Positions 19,958 through 30,329 of a DNA stretch of 64,000 nt are shown here, piece by piece. This DNA comes from Chloropicon primus. Lineage: Eukaryota. Under the pieces are notes generated by a model. That model was not told the DNA's origin and did no database searches. It saw only the letters and a list, made by a program, of their open reading frames with translations. The stretch spans positions 62,001 to 126,000 of the forward strand of contig CP060762.1 in NCBI GenBank assembly GCA_023205875.1, in the 5' to 3' direction. A program made the translations under genes and the position numbers. Each line of letters begins with the position of its first letter. Positions within the stretch are counted from its first letter, which is position 1.

Positions 19958-20547
19958 CCTCGTCATTGTCATTGTCATTGTCATTGTAGTCGTCGTCGTC
20001 GTCGTCGTCGTCCAAGGTCGACGAGGTGTTCTTACAACTGATCGATCTTTCCACCCTCCCGCGCGTTCGAGGCCGCTGTCCTCGTGTTTCACTGTGGTCT
20101 GGCATCGAAAGATCAATTCTTCGAGGGAAACCCGATCGTTCTGCGGAAGCCGTTACGAAGAGACCACGAGATGCACCCGGGCTCGAACGTCTTGGGAAAG
20201 AAAAATCCGAGGAGGTTGAGAGGTGAGGGAGGGAAAGAGTGTTCATTTCAGCGTGTGAGAATTGGCCCTCGCCATGAGGAGGAGGGAGAAGACTTTGGCC
20301 AATCAAGGAGGGGAGGGCTGTTCTTGTACAATTTCTCATTCCAGGGGAAATACGTTTAGGACAAAATATCTCCTCTCTCTCTCTCACGAGCCATTCCCAT
20401 TCTATGGCTTCATTCTATTGTTCCTTGGTTCATTGGTCCCATGGGCAGGCACTTGACCACACATCCCTCTTCTTGCCTTGTTCTTCTTGCCTCGTTCTTC
20501 TCCTCCACAACAGAACTTGGAACTCTCTCGCTCAACCCCTTCTCACC

Positions 20548-21882
20548 TCAACCCCTTCTCAGCACCTTGACGACGCTCTTGAAGGCGAACCACTCGGGGA
20601 TGTCCTCGCCGGCCCTGAGCATCTGCCTGAACTTGGTTCCGGACAGCTTCTTGATGCTCAGGCCCTTGTCGGAGGCGACGTCGGCGGTGACGTAACCCTC
20701 CTCCTCGGTGTACACGATGTTCAGGCTGGGCACCGTCTTGACGCCGAGCTCCTCGGACATCTCCTTGGCGAGGTCCTGGGCGTCGTACGCGCCGTAAAAG
20801 TCCTCCCCGTCCAGGCAGGACTTGCTTCCGGCCATGTCCCTGCCGATGATGAAGTGGGTGCACCCGTAGTTCTTCCTGATGATCATGTGCTGGATGGCCT
20901 CCCTTGGGCCGGCCATGTGCATGCTGTAGGGGAGGTAAGCCCAGTTGACCTTTGGGTCGGCGGTCTCCTCCTTGAGGACCTCGTAGGTCCTGTACCTCAC
21001 GACGCCTGGGATGTCATCGTCCTGGGTCGGGCCGCAGGTGGGGTGGACCAGGACGACTCCGTCCCCTCCCACGTTGTCGGCGTCCAGGGCCCTGGTGAAC
21101 AGCTCGTAGTGGGCCTTGTGGACGGGGTTCCTGCACTGGAAGGCCACGACGTCGACGTTCGCGGGGAGCATGGCCCTGACCTCGGCGGGGGTCTTGCAGG
21201 GGAACACCCTGGTGGGCTTCTCGAGCCCGAAGATCTTTCCTCCCATGTAGGTGCCTCCCCTCTCCATGGAGATCATCTGCACGCCGGGGTGCTCCAGGGA
21301 AGAGGTCCCGTAGCACTGCTTGGCCTCGAGGGGCTTGTTCGGCTTGTACGTGGACTCGATCTCCATCACGGCGAGGTCCTGGCCGTTGTACGTCAGGAGG
21401 ACCTTCATTCCAGGGGCGAGGGAGGCGTCGTCGGTGTCCATGACGACGGGGAGGCCGAAGAGGAGCCCGCTGGGGAGCCTCATGGTCTCCACGACCGACT
21501 TGTACTCTTCCTCGTTCATGAAGCCGTCGAGGGGGGAGAACCCGCCGACCATCAGGAGCTCCACGTCGCAAGCGTTCCTGTCGCTCAGCTCGATGACCCT
21601 GCCCTCGCACGCCGCGACCAAGGCCTTCCTCTCCGCCTCGTCCGTGACCATCAGGTCGGAGAGCTTGCCCCCGTGAGGCGCAGCCGTCGCACCCACTTCC
21701 CGCGTCGCCACCTCCGCGACCAAGGAGCTAAAGCAGAAGCTCCCCCTCGTCTCCACGTCTCGTCGTGACGAAGGCGCAACTCCCGCGAGGCAGCGGGACA
21801 TCGCCGCTCCTCCTCCCAGCGTCCTCCCAGCGCTCCTCCTCGCCAAGGCAGAGAGCGCACCACAAACAACCCGACCAAGCAT
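20548..21882 (-). CDS. sat: ATP sulfurylase (sulfate adenylyltransferase) with N-terminal organellar presequence
   Basis: PHGG, GGFSPLDGFM, AFQCRNPVHKAH, HPTCG, AGPREA..H...RKNYGCTHFIIGRD.AG and LSGT. ATG at 21882. Confidence 0.96.
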   Translation of the reverse strand: MLGRVVCGALSALARRSAGRTLGGGAAMSRCLAGVAPSSRRDVETRGSFCFSSLVAEVATREVGATAAPHGGKLSDLMVTDEAERKALVAACEGRVIELSDRNACDVELLMVGGFSPLDGFMNEEEYKSVVETMRLPSGLLFGLPVVMDTDDASLAPGMKVLLTYNGQDLAVMEIESTYKPNKPLEAKQCYGTSSLEHPGVQMISMERGGTYMGGKIFGLEKPTRVFPCKTPAEVRAMLPANVDVVAFQCRNPVHKAHYELFTRALDADNVGGDGVVLVHPTCGPTQDDDIPGVVRYRTYEVLKEETADPKVNWAYLPYSMHMAGPREAIQHMIIRKNYGCTHFIIGRDMAGSKSCLDGEDFYGAYDAQDLAKEMSEELGVKTVPSLNIVYTEEEGYVTADVASDKGLSIKKLSGTKFRQMLRAGEDIPEWFAFKSVVKVLRRG

Positions 21883-22021
21883 CTCGTTCTCGTTCTCCGC
21901 ACCTCGTAACGCCCCAACGCCCAACGACTGACTCGACTCCTCCGTAACGCGCAGTGGCGGAAAGATGCGACGCCCTTCCCTTCCTGCCCCACTGTAACGC
22001 CCCATTGCCCCAAAACGGTAC

Positions 22022-22655
22022 AGGAGATCCTGGAGAACTGCATTGATGCGGGGTCGACCAAGATCAGCATCGTGGTGAGGGACGGGGGGAACACGCTGAT
22101 ACAGGTGCAGGACAACGGGAGCGGGATCCACGCGGAGGACCTGCCGATGCTTTGCGAGAGGCACGCAACGTCAAAGCTGGAGAAGTTCGAGGACCTGGCG
22201 AAGATGCGGACGCTGGGCTTCAGGGGGGAGGCCCTGTGCAGCATAAGTTACGTCTCGCACCTCACGGTGACCACCATGAGGCAGGGGGACGGCCACGCGA
22301 CCAGGACGGTGTTTCGGGACTCGAAGATCGAGGAGGGACCAAAGGCGTGCGCCGGACTGGTGGGGACGACGGTGCACGTGGAGGACCTGTTTTACAACAT
22401 GCCGATAAGGAGGAAGGCGCTCAAGAGCTCGAGCGAGGAGCTGTCCAAAGTCCTCGAAGTGGTCGGCCGGTACGCTATCTTTCACGAGGGGGTGGGGATA
22501 ACCCTGAAGAGGCAGGGGAACCAGAGGCCGGATTTGTGCACGGGCCAGAAGGACACGACGCTGGAGAAGATTCGGATGGTCTTCGGCTCTCAGGTCGGGT
22601 CGAACCTCCTCCCCTTCGAGTCCTGCCCGCAGGACTCCAGCAACGGCTCCACCCC
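22022..22655 (+). pseudogene. 634-bp duplicated fragment of the MLH1 ATPase-domain coding sequence, lacking the MLH1 start and truncated
   Basis: Appears identical to 24774-25407 (offset 2752). The frame terminates at TGA 22660-22662. Confidence 0.93.
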
Positions 22656-22795
22656 TTCGTGACCGAGCTCAGGACGGAGACGAGCAGCGCTTCTGTGGGA
22701 CTGGCGGAGCTCCTTCACGGCGAGGAGGACGAACAGATATTGGCGGAGCTCTCCTCCCCGGTGCAGACCGGCAATGATGGTGATGAAGTGCAACG

Positions 22796-24076
22796 TCATG
22801 AAGGTACCAGTTCGCAGTGCCATTTCCCTGTACCATATATGAAGTGGCAGGACTCCTCCATTTTGTCCTCAGACGTGAATAGCAGGTCCTCTGGCTTGAT
22901 CCAGTACCCATATCGAAGAGCCATTCTCTGGGCCATAATGGCCATTGTCATGTTTGCCTCACCCAATAATGCCCACGAAAGTTCCTCCTCCGATTTCACA
23001 GTGTGGTTGGTGTTCTTATTCGATGGAACCTTTAAGAGGGCTTCATTCCACTCCCTTAACCCAGGACAATCACTGCCATCTAGGATGTACTCTCTGCATA
23101 TCTCCATCAAAATCATTGCTCCTTCATGACCATGAAGTGACTCTACTGTCACTCTCTTATCTGCCTGCGCCTCCACAAAAAGGTTCCACAGAACCCAGTC
23201 CATAAGAACAAACTCCAAGCTGTTTTTGCTGGACCACGCTATGGTATCCGTGTTGCATGACTAGGCCCAAAAGAAAGAAATAATGGTTAGCAGCAGCATC
23301 AGTAATTGTACAGGACCATGAGAGAAAAGGTAAGAAAGCGAGGGTGGCACGCTTACCATATGCTTAATGACTGAGGAGCCCAGGCTGCCATTGTTCCAAC
23401 GAGACTTTATTGATTGAATTGGGTTTCTCACCAAATGCACCACATTTTTGAACCTCGTGTGATTGCTTGTGGTGTCATGATCCCCCTTGTGATAACCCCA
23501 ATACCAATTTGGAAGCCAGCACTATCCAGCAGCTCCTATCTCGTCAAAGACCAAAGATTCGAAGTCCATTTCCTTCCTGAATAGCTCATCTGAGAAGGCA
23601 TGAGGCCAGCTCACTGCTCCATGTATATGGGGCTCTTTGTCATGCCCATCGTCGTGGCTTAGCTGCAAGCCTGCCTGTTTGAAAACGGCTTTAAGGTAGG
23701 ATGTGCCCGATCTACCCGTTCCAGTTACAAGGAGTGGGTGTGAGGGGGGAATAGTACCACAGGAAACATCTGCCTTCAAGGTGCGCTTTACAAAATAGCA
23801 CCACAACACACTTTTTTGCTTCCGCTGAAGATACGCTGACAATGACATGTCTTTGTCCTTTGGGCTGCGAAATACTAGTCGCTCGAAGCCAACCGTGTAG
23901 CCAACCGTATAGCCAACAAGGTCAAGGCCCAGGTTCGAGCTCGGGCCGAGCCACAAGCGGCGGACGTCCGTGACGACGCTGCGCGGCTCAAGGAGACTGT
24001 GCGCCAGCGCCACTGCAACGACGCACGCGCACAGCAGCTGGAGGGCCCGTCGGCGGAACCCTCCGCCGTGCTGCAT
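22796..24076 (-). pseudogene. Sulfotransferase-like type II membrane protein gene with in-frame TAG at 23524-23522; exons 24076-23357 and 23260-22796
   Basis: N-terminal TM anchor, 5'-PSB-like LVTGTGRSGTSY, GAVSW, and 3'-PB-like VHLVRNP in the same frame after the TAG. GTAAGC donor at 23356, CTAAC branch, TAG acceptor at 23261, in-frame join. Confidence 0.65.
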
Positions 24077-24613
24077 CGCGTTCGCGGCTCTCACGCAGAG
24101 TCTCAAACCCGCGCTCTCCTTCGTCGGACGAGCCTGCAGGAGGAGTGGCTCTGCCTGGACGAGTGGCTCGTGGCGGGAAATTGTTATTTTTTCCACTCAT
24201 TTTTTTTCAGAAAAAAGGCGCGAGAGGACGCTGGGCGGAGAGAGAGAGTTTGTTTGTGTTTGTGTTTGTTTGTTGTGCGGTGTTGTTTCGGGGAACTGCA
24301 GACGCGCAATCGAGTGGAGGACCTTGCTCTCCTCTCCTCCTGCTTTCGTTTGTTTGGTCACGTGCATCTTCATCCGAAGCGGCGGAAGGGAAGGGAAGGG
24401 ATCCGACCAACGGTTGAGACAACCCACCTAACAACGCCAGCACCAGCACCCACAGGTACGGGTAGTATTAGGGACCAAGGCGTATAGCCCTCCCTCTTCC
24501 TTCCTCCGCGGCGCTGGGACTCTTGTTCCTCTTCCCTGATGCGTCATCGCCAACTCTCAGAGTAAGACGAGACGAGGACGAGGCGAGTGTTCGCGACGAC
24601 GAGAACGAGGACG

Positions 24614-26944
24614 ATGGATTCGTCGGCTCCTCCTCCTGCTGCTGCTTCGTGCTGCCCCACCTCTCCCTCTCCCTCCTGCTCTCGCCCTGCCGGTCGCATC
24701 GTGAAGCTGGAGGAGAGCGTGGTGAACAAGATAGCGGCGGGGGAGGTGGTGCAGAGGCCTCACAACGCTCTCAAGGAGATCCTGGAGAACTGCATTGATG
24801 CGGGGTCGACCAAGATCAGCATCGTGGTGAGGGACGGGGGGAACACGCTGATACAGGTGCAGGACAACGGGAGCGGGATCCACGCGGAGGACCTGCCGAT
24901 GCTTTGCGAGAGGCACGCAACGTCAAAGCTGGAGAAGTTCGAGGACCTGGCGAAGATGCGGACGCTGGGCTTCAGGGGGGAGGCCCTGTGCAGCATAAGT
25001 TACGTCTCGCACCTCACGGTGACCACCATGAGGCAGGGGGACGGCCACGCGACCAGGACGGTGTTTCGGGACTCGAAGATCGAGGAGGGACCAAAGGCGT
25101 GCGCCGGACTGGTGGGGACGACGGTGCACGTGGAGGACCTGTTTTACAACATGCCGATAAGGAGGAAGGCGCTCAAGAGCTCGAGCGAGGAGCTGTCCAA
25201 AGTCCTCGAAGTGGTCGGCCGGTACGCTATCTTTCACGAGGGGGTGGGGATAACCCTGAAGAGGCAGGGGAACCAGAGGCCGGATTTGTGCACGGGCCAG
25301 AAGGACACGACGCTGGAGAAGATTCGGATGGTCTTCGGCTCTCAGGTCGGGTCGAACCTCCTCCCCTTCGAGTCCTGCCCGCAGGACTCCAGCAACGGCT
25401 CCACCCCCTCCACCTCGGGCGGCGAGCTGCAGTTCTCCGCCAAGGGCTTCGCCTCGAGCGCGAACTACACCGCCGGGAGGAGGACGGTGCTCGTGCTCTT
25501 CATCAACGGCAGGCTGGTGGAGTGCACCCCCCTGAAGAGGTCCCTGGAGACAGTGTACGCCTCGATCCTCAGCAAGACGAGCAAGCCCTTCTTCTACGTC
25601 TCCGTGACGATGCCGACGGAGCACGTCGATGTCAACGTGCACCCGACCAAGAAGGAGGTTCACTTCTTGCACCAGGACGACCTCATCGAGTCCCTGAGGT
25701 GCTCCGTCGAGAAGGCGGTGTTCTCAAGCAACGACCACAGGACGTACTACAAGCAGACGCTGATCCCGGGGGCCGGGAACATCAACACGACGGAAGCCGA
25801 GCCGGCCCCGAGGAAGAGGCGGCTCGAGGGCGGCCAGAGCCAAGGGGCGACGCGAAGGGACAGGGCCGGGGGGGACTACAAGCTCGTCAGGACTGATGCT
25901 CACGAGAAGAAGCTCGAGACTTTCTTCTTCTCCCAGGACAAGGCTCTGAGCTCGAGCCTCCTGGAGGATTCCTCTTGGGAGAAGCGCAGCAGCGGCACCG
26001 GTGGCCTCTCCAAGGCGGGCGACCAACAGAAGGACAATGACCCGGGAATGGGCGAGAGCAAGAGGCCCAGCATGCACCAGGAGATCCTCCTGTCGCAGCT
26101 GGAGGCCTCTCCCCCCGAGGAGGAGAGGGAGGAGGAGATCAGAGCCGCCAGGAGCAAGGAATCCTGTGGTCTCACGAGCGTGAAGGAGCTCCTGGCGGAG
26201 GCGTTCGTGGACACGCACTTCGAGCTGACCGACATTCTGAAGAACCACGTGTACGTTGGAATGGCGGACGAGAGGAGGGCCCTGATCCAGCACAAGACCA
26301 AGCTGTACTTGATCAACGTGAAGACGATGTCGAAGGACATGATGTATCAGCAGACCCTCCACAAGTTTGGAAGGCTTCCCAAGCTCAGGTTCCAGAGCAA
26401 GCTCAGTCTGAGCGGCTTGCTGATGCTTCAGATGGAGGTCGAGGAGGAGAAGGGCAACTGGACGGACGAGGACGGGGACAAGCAAGAGGCAGTCGACCTG
26501 GTGGTGGACCTCCTCGTGAGCAAGAGCGAGATGCTCGAGGACTACTTCAGCCTTGAGATCGACGCCGAGGGCTACCTCGCGGCGATTCCGCTCGTCGCGG
26601 ACAAGTCCTACGTGCCGGACATGAGGAAGCTTCCCAACTTTTTGCTGTGCCTCGGCCACGACACGGACTGGGAGAGCGAGAAGGGCTGCTTCATGAGCAT
26701 CGCCGACGCGATCGCGGACTTTTACTCTGCGGAGATGACGTGCGTTTCCCCTTACAGGAACCCCGAGGAGGGGAAGGATGAGGAGCTGGAAGCCCTCTGC
26801 AAGGAAGAGGAGCACACCATCCAGAACGTGGTGTTCCCCTGCATGAGAACCATGCTCAAGCCCTCCGCGAAGAGGGCCACGGACGCCACCGTCGTGCAGG
26901 TGGCGAGCCTGGAGAGGCTCTACAAAATTTTTGAGAGGTGCTGA
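24614..26944 (+). CDS. MLH1: DNA mismatch repair protein MLH1
   Basis: NKIAAGEVVQRP, KEILENCIDAG, DNGSGI, GFRGEAL, DVNVHPTKKEV and C-terminal LYKIFERC. Confidence 0.98.
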   Translation: MDSSAPPPAAASCCPTSPSPSCSRPAGRIVKLEESVVNKIAAGEVVQRPHNALKEILENCIDAGSTKISIVVRDGGNTLIQVQDNGSGIHAEDLPMLCERHATSKLEKFEDLAKMRTLGFRGEALCSISYVSHLTVTTMRQGDGHATRTVFRDSKIEEGPKACAGLVGTTVHVEDLFYNMPIRRKALKSSSEELSKVLEVVGRYAIFHEGVGITLKRQGNQRPDLCTGQKDTTLEKIRMVFGSQVGSNLLPFESCPQDSSNGSTPSTSGGELQFSAKGFASSANYTAGRRTVLVLFINGRLVECTPLKRSLETVYASILSKTSKPFFYVSVTMPTEHVDVNVHPTKKEVHFLHQDDLIESLRCSVEKAVFSSNDHRTYYKQTLIPGAGNINTTEAEPAPRKRRLEGGQSQGATRRDRAGGDYKLVRTDAHEKKLETFFFSQDKALSSSLLEDSSWEKRSSGTGGLSKAGDQQKDNDPGMGESKRPSMHQEILLSQLEASPPEEEREEEIRAARSKESCGLTSVKELLAEAFVDTHFELTDILKNHVYVGMADERRALIQHKTKLYLINVKTMSKDMMYQQTLHKFGRLPKLRFQSKLSLSGLLMLQMEVEEEKGNWTDEDGDKQEAVDLVVDLLVSKSEMLEDYFSLEIDAEGYLAAIPLVADKSYVPDMRKLPNFLLCLGHDTDWESEKGCFMSIADAIADFYSAEMTCVSPYRNPEEGKDEELEALCKEEEHTIQNVVFPCMRTMLKPSAKRATDATVVQVASLERLYKIFERC

Positions 26945-27029
26945 TCTGACCATCCGCACACAAACGTTTCGTGTACATATATATATATATATATATATAA
27001 CTTCCAGATACAATCGCCTGGGATGGTGG

Positions 27030-27383
27030 TCAGCCCTTGATCGGCCTGTTCCTGAACGCCCACGAGACCCCGAGGACTTTCCCAAGCAGCTCCGTCTCGT
27101 TCATTCCCTCGATAGCTTCAGCTGCTTCGTCCCTCGACGAGAACTCCAGCAGGGCGTATCCTTTGGCGTACCCCGTCCTCCTGTCCACGTTCAAGGCCAT
27201 GTTCACCACGTTGCCGTACTCGCTGAACGCTTCGAAGAGGTCCTCGTCCTCAGCCTCCTCGTGTATCCCTGTCACGAACACAGCGTAAGTCCCTGAAGGT
27301 GATTTCATTCCTCCTCCTCTCGAGGACGACAATGACGATGACGATGGCTTCGCACCCCTTGGTTCTCCTTCCCTTTCCTCCAT
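27030..27383 (-). CDS. RBM8A: RNA-binding protein Y14/RBM8A (exon junction complex), short N-terminus
   Basis: VFVTGIHEEAEDEDL...F.EYG.V....LNVDRRTGYAKGYALLEF...VSWAF matches the Y14 RRM. Confidence 0.85.
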   Translation of the reverse strand: MEEREGEPRGAKPSSSSLSSSRGGGMKSPSGTYAVFVTGIHEEAEDEDLFEAFSEYGNVVNMALNVDRRTGYAKGYALLEFSSRDEAAEAIEGMNETELLGKVLGVSWAFRNRPIKG

Positions 27384-27891
27384 CTTCCGCACAACCACCG
27401 GAGCGAGGTCCCTCTCCGCTGGTTCCCCTCCTCCAAAAGGCTCCGAGGAACAACTTCAAGCAACTCCTCCTGATCACTCCGAGTGCCAAACGAAGCGATC
27501 AAGGTGTCTTTGGAAAGCCCGTGAGACGTACTTTCCAATGACTCTTCCCTCTGTCTCCACTTCTCTCCCTCCTTCGACCTCCTCGACCTTCCAAACCCCA
27601 GACACCTTCCTTCCTTGTCAGTCTCCCGCCAAAAGAGAGAGAACGCTTCACGCTCGTGGCGCCAACGAGGGAGGACGAGGAGGAGGACGAGGAGGACGAG
27701 GAGGAGGACGAGGAGGACGAGGAGGGAGGGGATTGATGGATTGATCGATCGATCGAAGCGTCATCTGCTTCGCTTTCGTTTGAACCCGCGCACGACGCGA
27801 ACGGACGAAGAGAGAGAGAGAGAGAGAGGGAGAGGGAGAGAGAGGGAGAGGGAGAGAGGAAGGAGTGTGTGTGTGTGTGTGTGTGTGGAGG

Positions 27892-29721
27892 ATGGGAGGG
27901 TACAGGTGCGTGGCGGATAGGCAGGTGGCGAAAGGGGTTTGGATACCCGGGAAGGTGGAGTGTGTGGGTCGGGCTGGGTTGCTGTGGGAGGCGACGGGGG
28001 TGGAGGACCCCACGGTGCGAGAGAAGGTGGAGGAGAGCCTTTTGTCGTCCAAGCCGAACTCGTCGAGCGCAGAGATCGCAAAGGCGTTCCGTCTGGAGGT
28101 TATGCTCGAGGACATCGTGGGGCATCCCCAGAGGAGCAAGCCCCCGACCAAGCCGCTGATGCGTTTGCAGGTGCAGCCACCGAACAAGGCAAAGTCCAGC
28201 GTGGTCCTCCGGTTCGTGACAGACGAGAGCAGGGACACGATCATCGATGTCATACAACCCCTGCTGGCCCAACTTCGAAAGGGTTCCGGGACGCCGGGCA
28301 AGGGCGGTGACCCCTTCGCCTCCGTCTCGGGCACGAACGTCCAGGCGAAGAGGAAGCTCTTGCTGAAGAACGAGGACTTGGGGGAGCTGTACAAGCAGGT
28401 GGTCGCGACGGGCGCGGTGACCGACCAAGAGTTTTGGGTAACGAAGAGGAAGCTGCTGGAGAAGGAGTTGTCCTCGGTGCAGCAGACGCAGAAGAGGGGG
28501 AAGAGCTCGGCCATGCTCGCCGATGTGGAGCTCACAAACGATGGCAAGAACTTCGTGGTCAACTTCAAGCTGACGGACGAGGTGAAGAAGCACATCTTCG
28601 CGGAGAAGCCAAAGGTGTACCAGTCCTACCTGAAGAACGTTCCCTCCAAGTTGTCCGAGAAGGAGTTTTGGACCAAGTACTGCCGGCACTTGTACTACCA
28701 GAAGGTGAGCAAGAAAAACAAGAAGCAAAAGTTGAACACGGGTGGCATAGGAAAATCGATCGAGGAGGCAGAGGAGAAGGAGCTGATGAAGGAGCTCTTC
28801 ACGGAGAATGACGGGGAAAGGAGGAAAAGGCAAGCCCTCAAGGAAAAGAAAGTGACGTCCGTGGACCCCTCGATCGATCTGACGACAGACCACCACGACG
28901 GCTTCAGCGAGGGGTACGGATTGAGGCACAATGCGGCTGGGGTCATTGGCGACACGTCCCGCCTGAAGACCAGCTCCCTGGTGAGAGACTTGAACCGCCA
29001 CGCTGCCGTGGTCGTGAGCAACGCCCCAGAGACCGTGGGGGAAGCCGTGGAGCTCGCGGGCTTGGCACCGAAGGGCAAGAGGGAGCCCGCCAGCTCAAAA
29101 GGCAGAGATCCCGGGGGGTCTCAAAATGTCAGGCCAAGGGCGCAGGCGAGTATTCTAGACGACCTCGTGCAGGCAAGGACGGAGGGGTTCGAGGCGCTCG
29201 ACGTTCGGGAGAGGTCCCTGCGCACGGAAGCTGCAGCGGAGGGCTCGCGCGGTTCCAAGACGACGGAGAGAGAGGCAGCGATGTCCCTCTTGCGCGGCCT
29301 GCGGGAGGTCAGGGTGAAGATGCCTCTCACCACCAGCGAGGAGGAGAAGGGGGTTCTGGAGGAGCTCGAGAAGAGGAATCGACTGATTCAGTCTAGAAAC
29401 AGCATGCTGAGGAGCGTAGCTAATGGCGATGGGCCAGAGGGCTCAGACCAAGAGGTCTTCCAGCAGGTGCGGAGAGCTTCCATAGCCGTCAACGAGCTGC
29501 TTCGCCACTTTTGGGCCTCCTTCCCCCTCTCCTCTGAGCACAGGATTGAAAAGGTGAAGAGAATCAACCAGGCCCTGGTCGCGCAGTACGAAAAGATCGA
29601 GAAGATGAGGTCGAACCTCGATTCTGGCACGACGCAGTTTGCCAGGCCACTCATCGGCCAGGTGCTCGCAGTATGCGACAAAGCCTTTGAAAAGTATGAC
29701 GCGGCAGAACTTGTAAACTAG
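27892..29721 (+). CDS. GTF2H1: TFIIH subunit p62/TFB1
   Basis: PH-like N-terminus, two BSD domains (LYKQVV..GAVTDQEFW; IFAEKP.V...Y..NVP.KLSEKEFWTKY), DLNRHAAVV and ELLRHFW. Confidence 0.9.
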   Translation: MGGYRCVADRQVAKGVWIPGKVECVGRAGLLWEATGVEDPTVREKVEESLLSSKPNSSSAEIAKAFRLEVMLEDIVGHPQRSKPPTKPLMRLQVQPPNKAKSSVVLRFVTDESRDTIIDVIQPLLAQLRKGSGTPGKGGDPFASVSGTNVQAKRKLLLKNEDLGELYKQVVATGAVTDQEFWVTKRKLLEKELSSVQQTQKRGKSSAMLADVELTNDGKNFVVNFKLTDEVKKHIFAEKPKVYQSYLKNVPSKLSEKEFWTKYCRHLYYQKVSKKNKKQKLNTGGIGKSIEEAEEKELMKELFTENDGERRKRQALKEKKVTSVDPSIDLTTDHHDGFSEGYGLRHNAAGVIGDTSRLKTSSLVRDLNRHAAVVVSNAPETVGEAVELAGLAPKGKREPASSKGRDPGGSQNVRPRAQASILDDLVQARTEGFEALDVRERSLRTEAAAEGSRGSKTTEREAAMSLLRGLREVRVKMPLTTSEEEKGVLEELEKRNRLIQSRNSMLRSVANGDGPEGSDQEVFQQVRRASIAVNELLRHFWASFPLSSEHRIEKVKRINQALVAQYEKIEKMRSNLDSGTTQFARPLIGQVLAVCDKAFEKYDAAELVN

Positions 29722-30329
29722 GTTGGATTGCAACATCCCGACCCGTGTACTCTATATATTCTCACTTAGGTTTAATGGAAACTGTCATGTGCAAGTCCAA
29801 CGCCCTCCCCCTCCCCCTCCCCTCACACGCACGCACGCCAGAGACAGAGACAGACAGATCCATCGCATCAATCGATCTGGAGGGAGCGTTTTGCCGAGAG
29901 CGAGGAGAGGAGTTGGATATCCTAAATCAAAAGAACTTCCTCTTCACACTAGAACAAAGACTAACCACCGCTTCATCCTCCCCCCTCTTCATCACCTAAA
30001 ACCTAACTTCATCCTCCCCTCATCTTTGTTCCCCTCCATATGATTATGGATCACATGCTTTTCCTCTGATTCATCTGAAACGACAGGTGGGTCATGGAGT
30101 GGCCCAAAAGGCCAGCCAAGGGCGAAACCGAAGCGACAGGTCCCTCGATGAGGGGCCTAAGAGCGATGGGAAGGGAGGCAAGCCCCCCAGAATATCGAAG
30201 AGGCGGTTGCCCTTCCCCGCTGCGGTTGCCCTTACCACCGTGTGACAACCTGCGAACAAAGGCAGAGACGGAAACAGGAAACAGACCAAGATCGAACCTT
30301 TACGAGTACCAGTGGACAACATCAACAAC

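Noticed and set aside
21883..22164. Extended N-terminus of the ATP sulfurylase ORF
   Set aside because: It has a non-ATG start and is partly antisense to the MLH1 duplicate.
22656..24773. Composite transposon or LTR element bounded by the 634-bp direct repeats
   Set aside because: The repeats are MLH1 coding sequence, with no transposase, RT, TG..CA ends or TSD.
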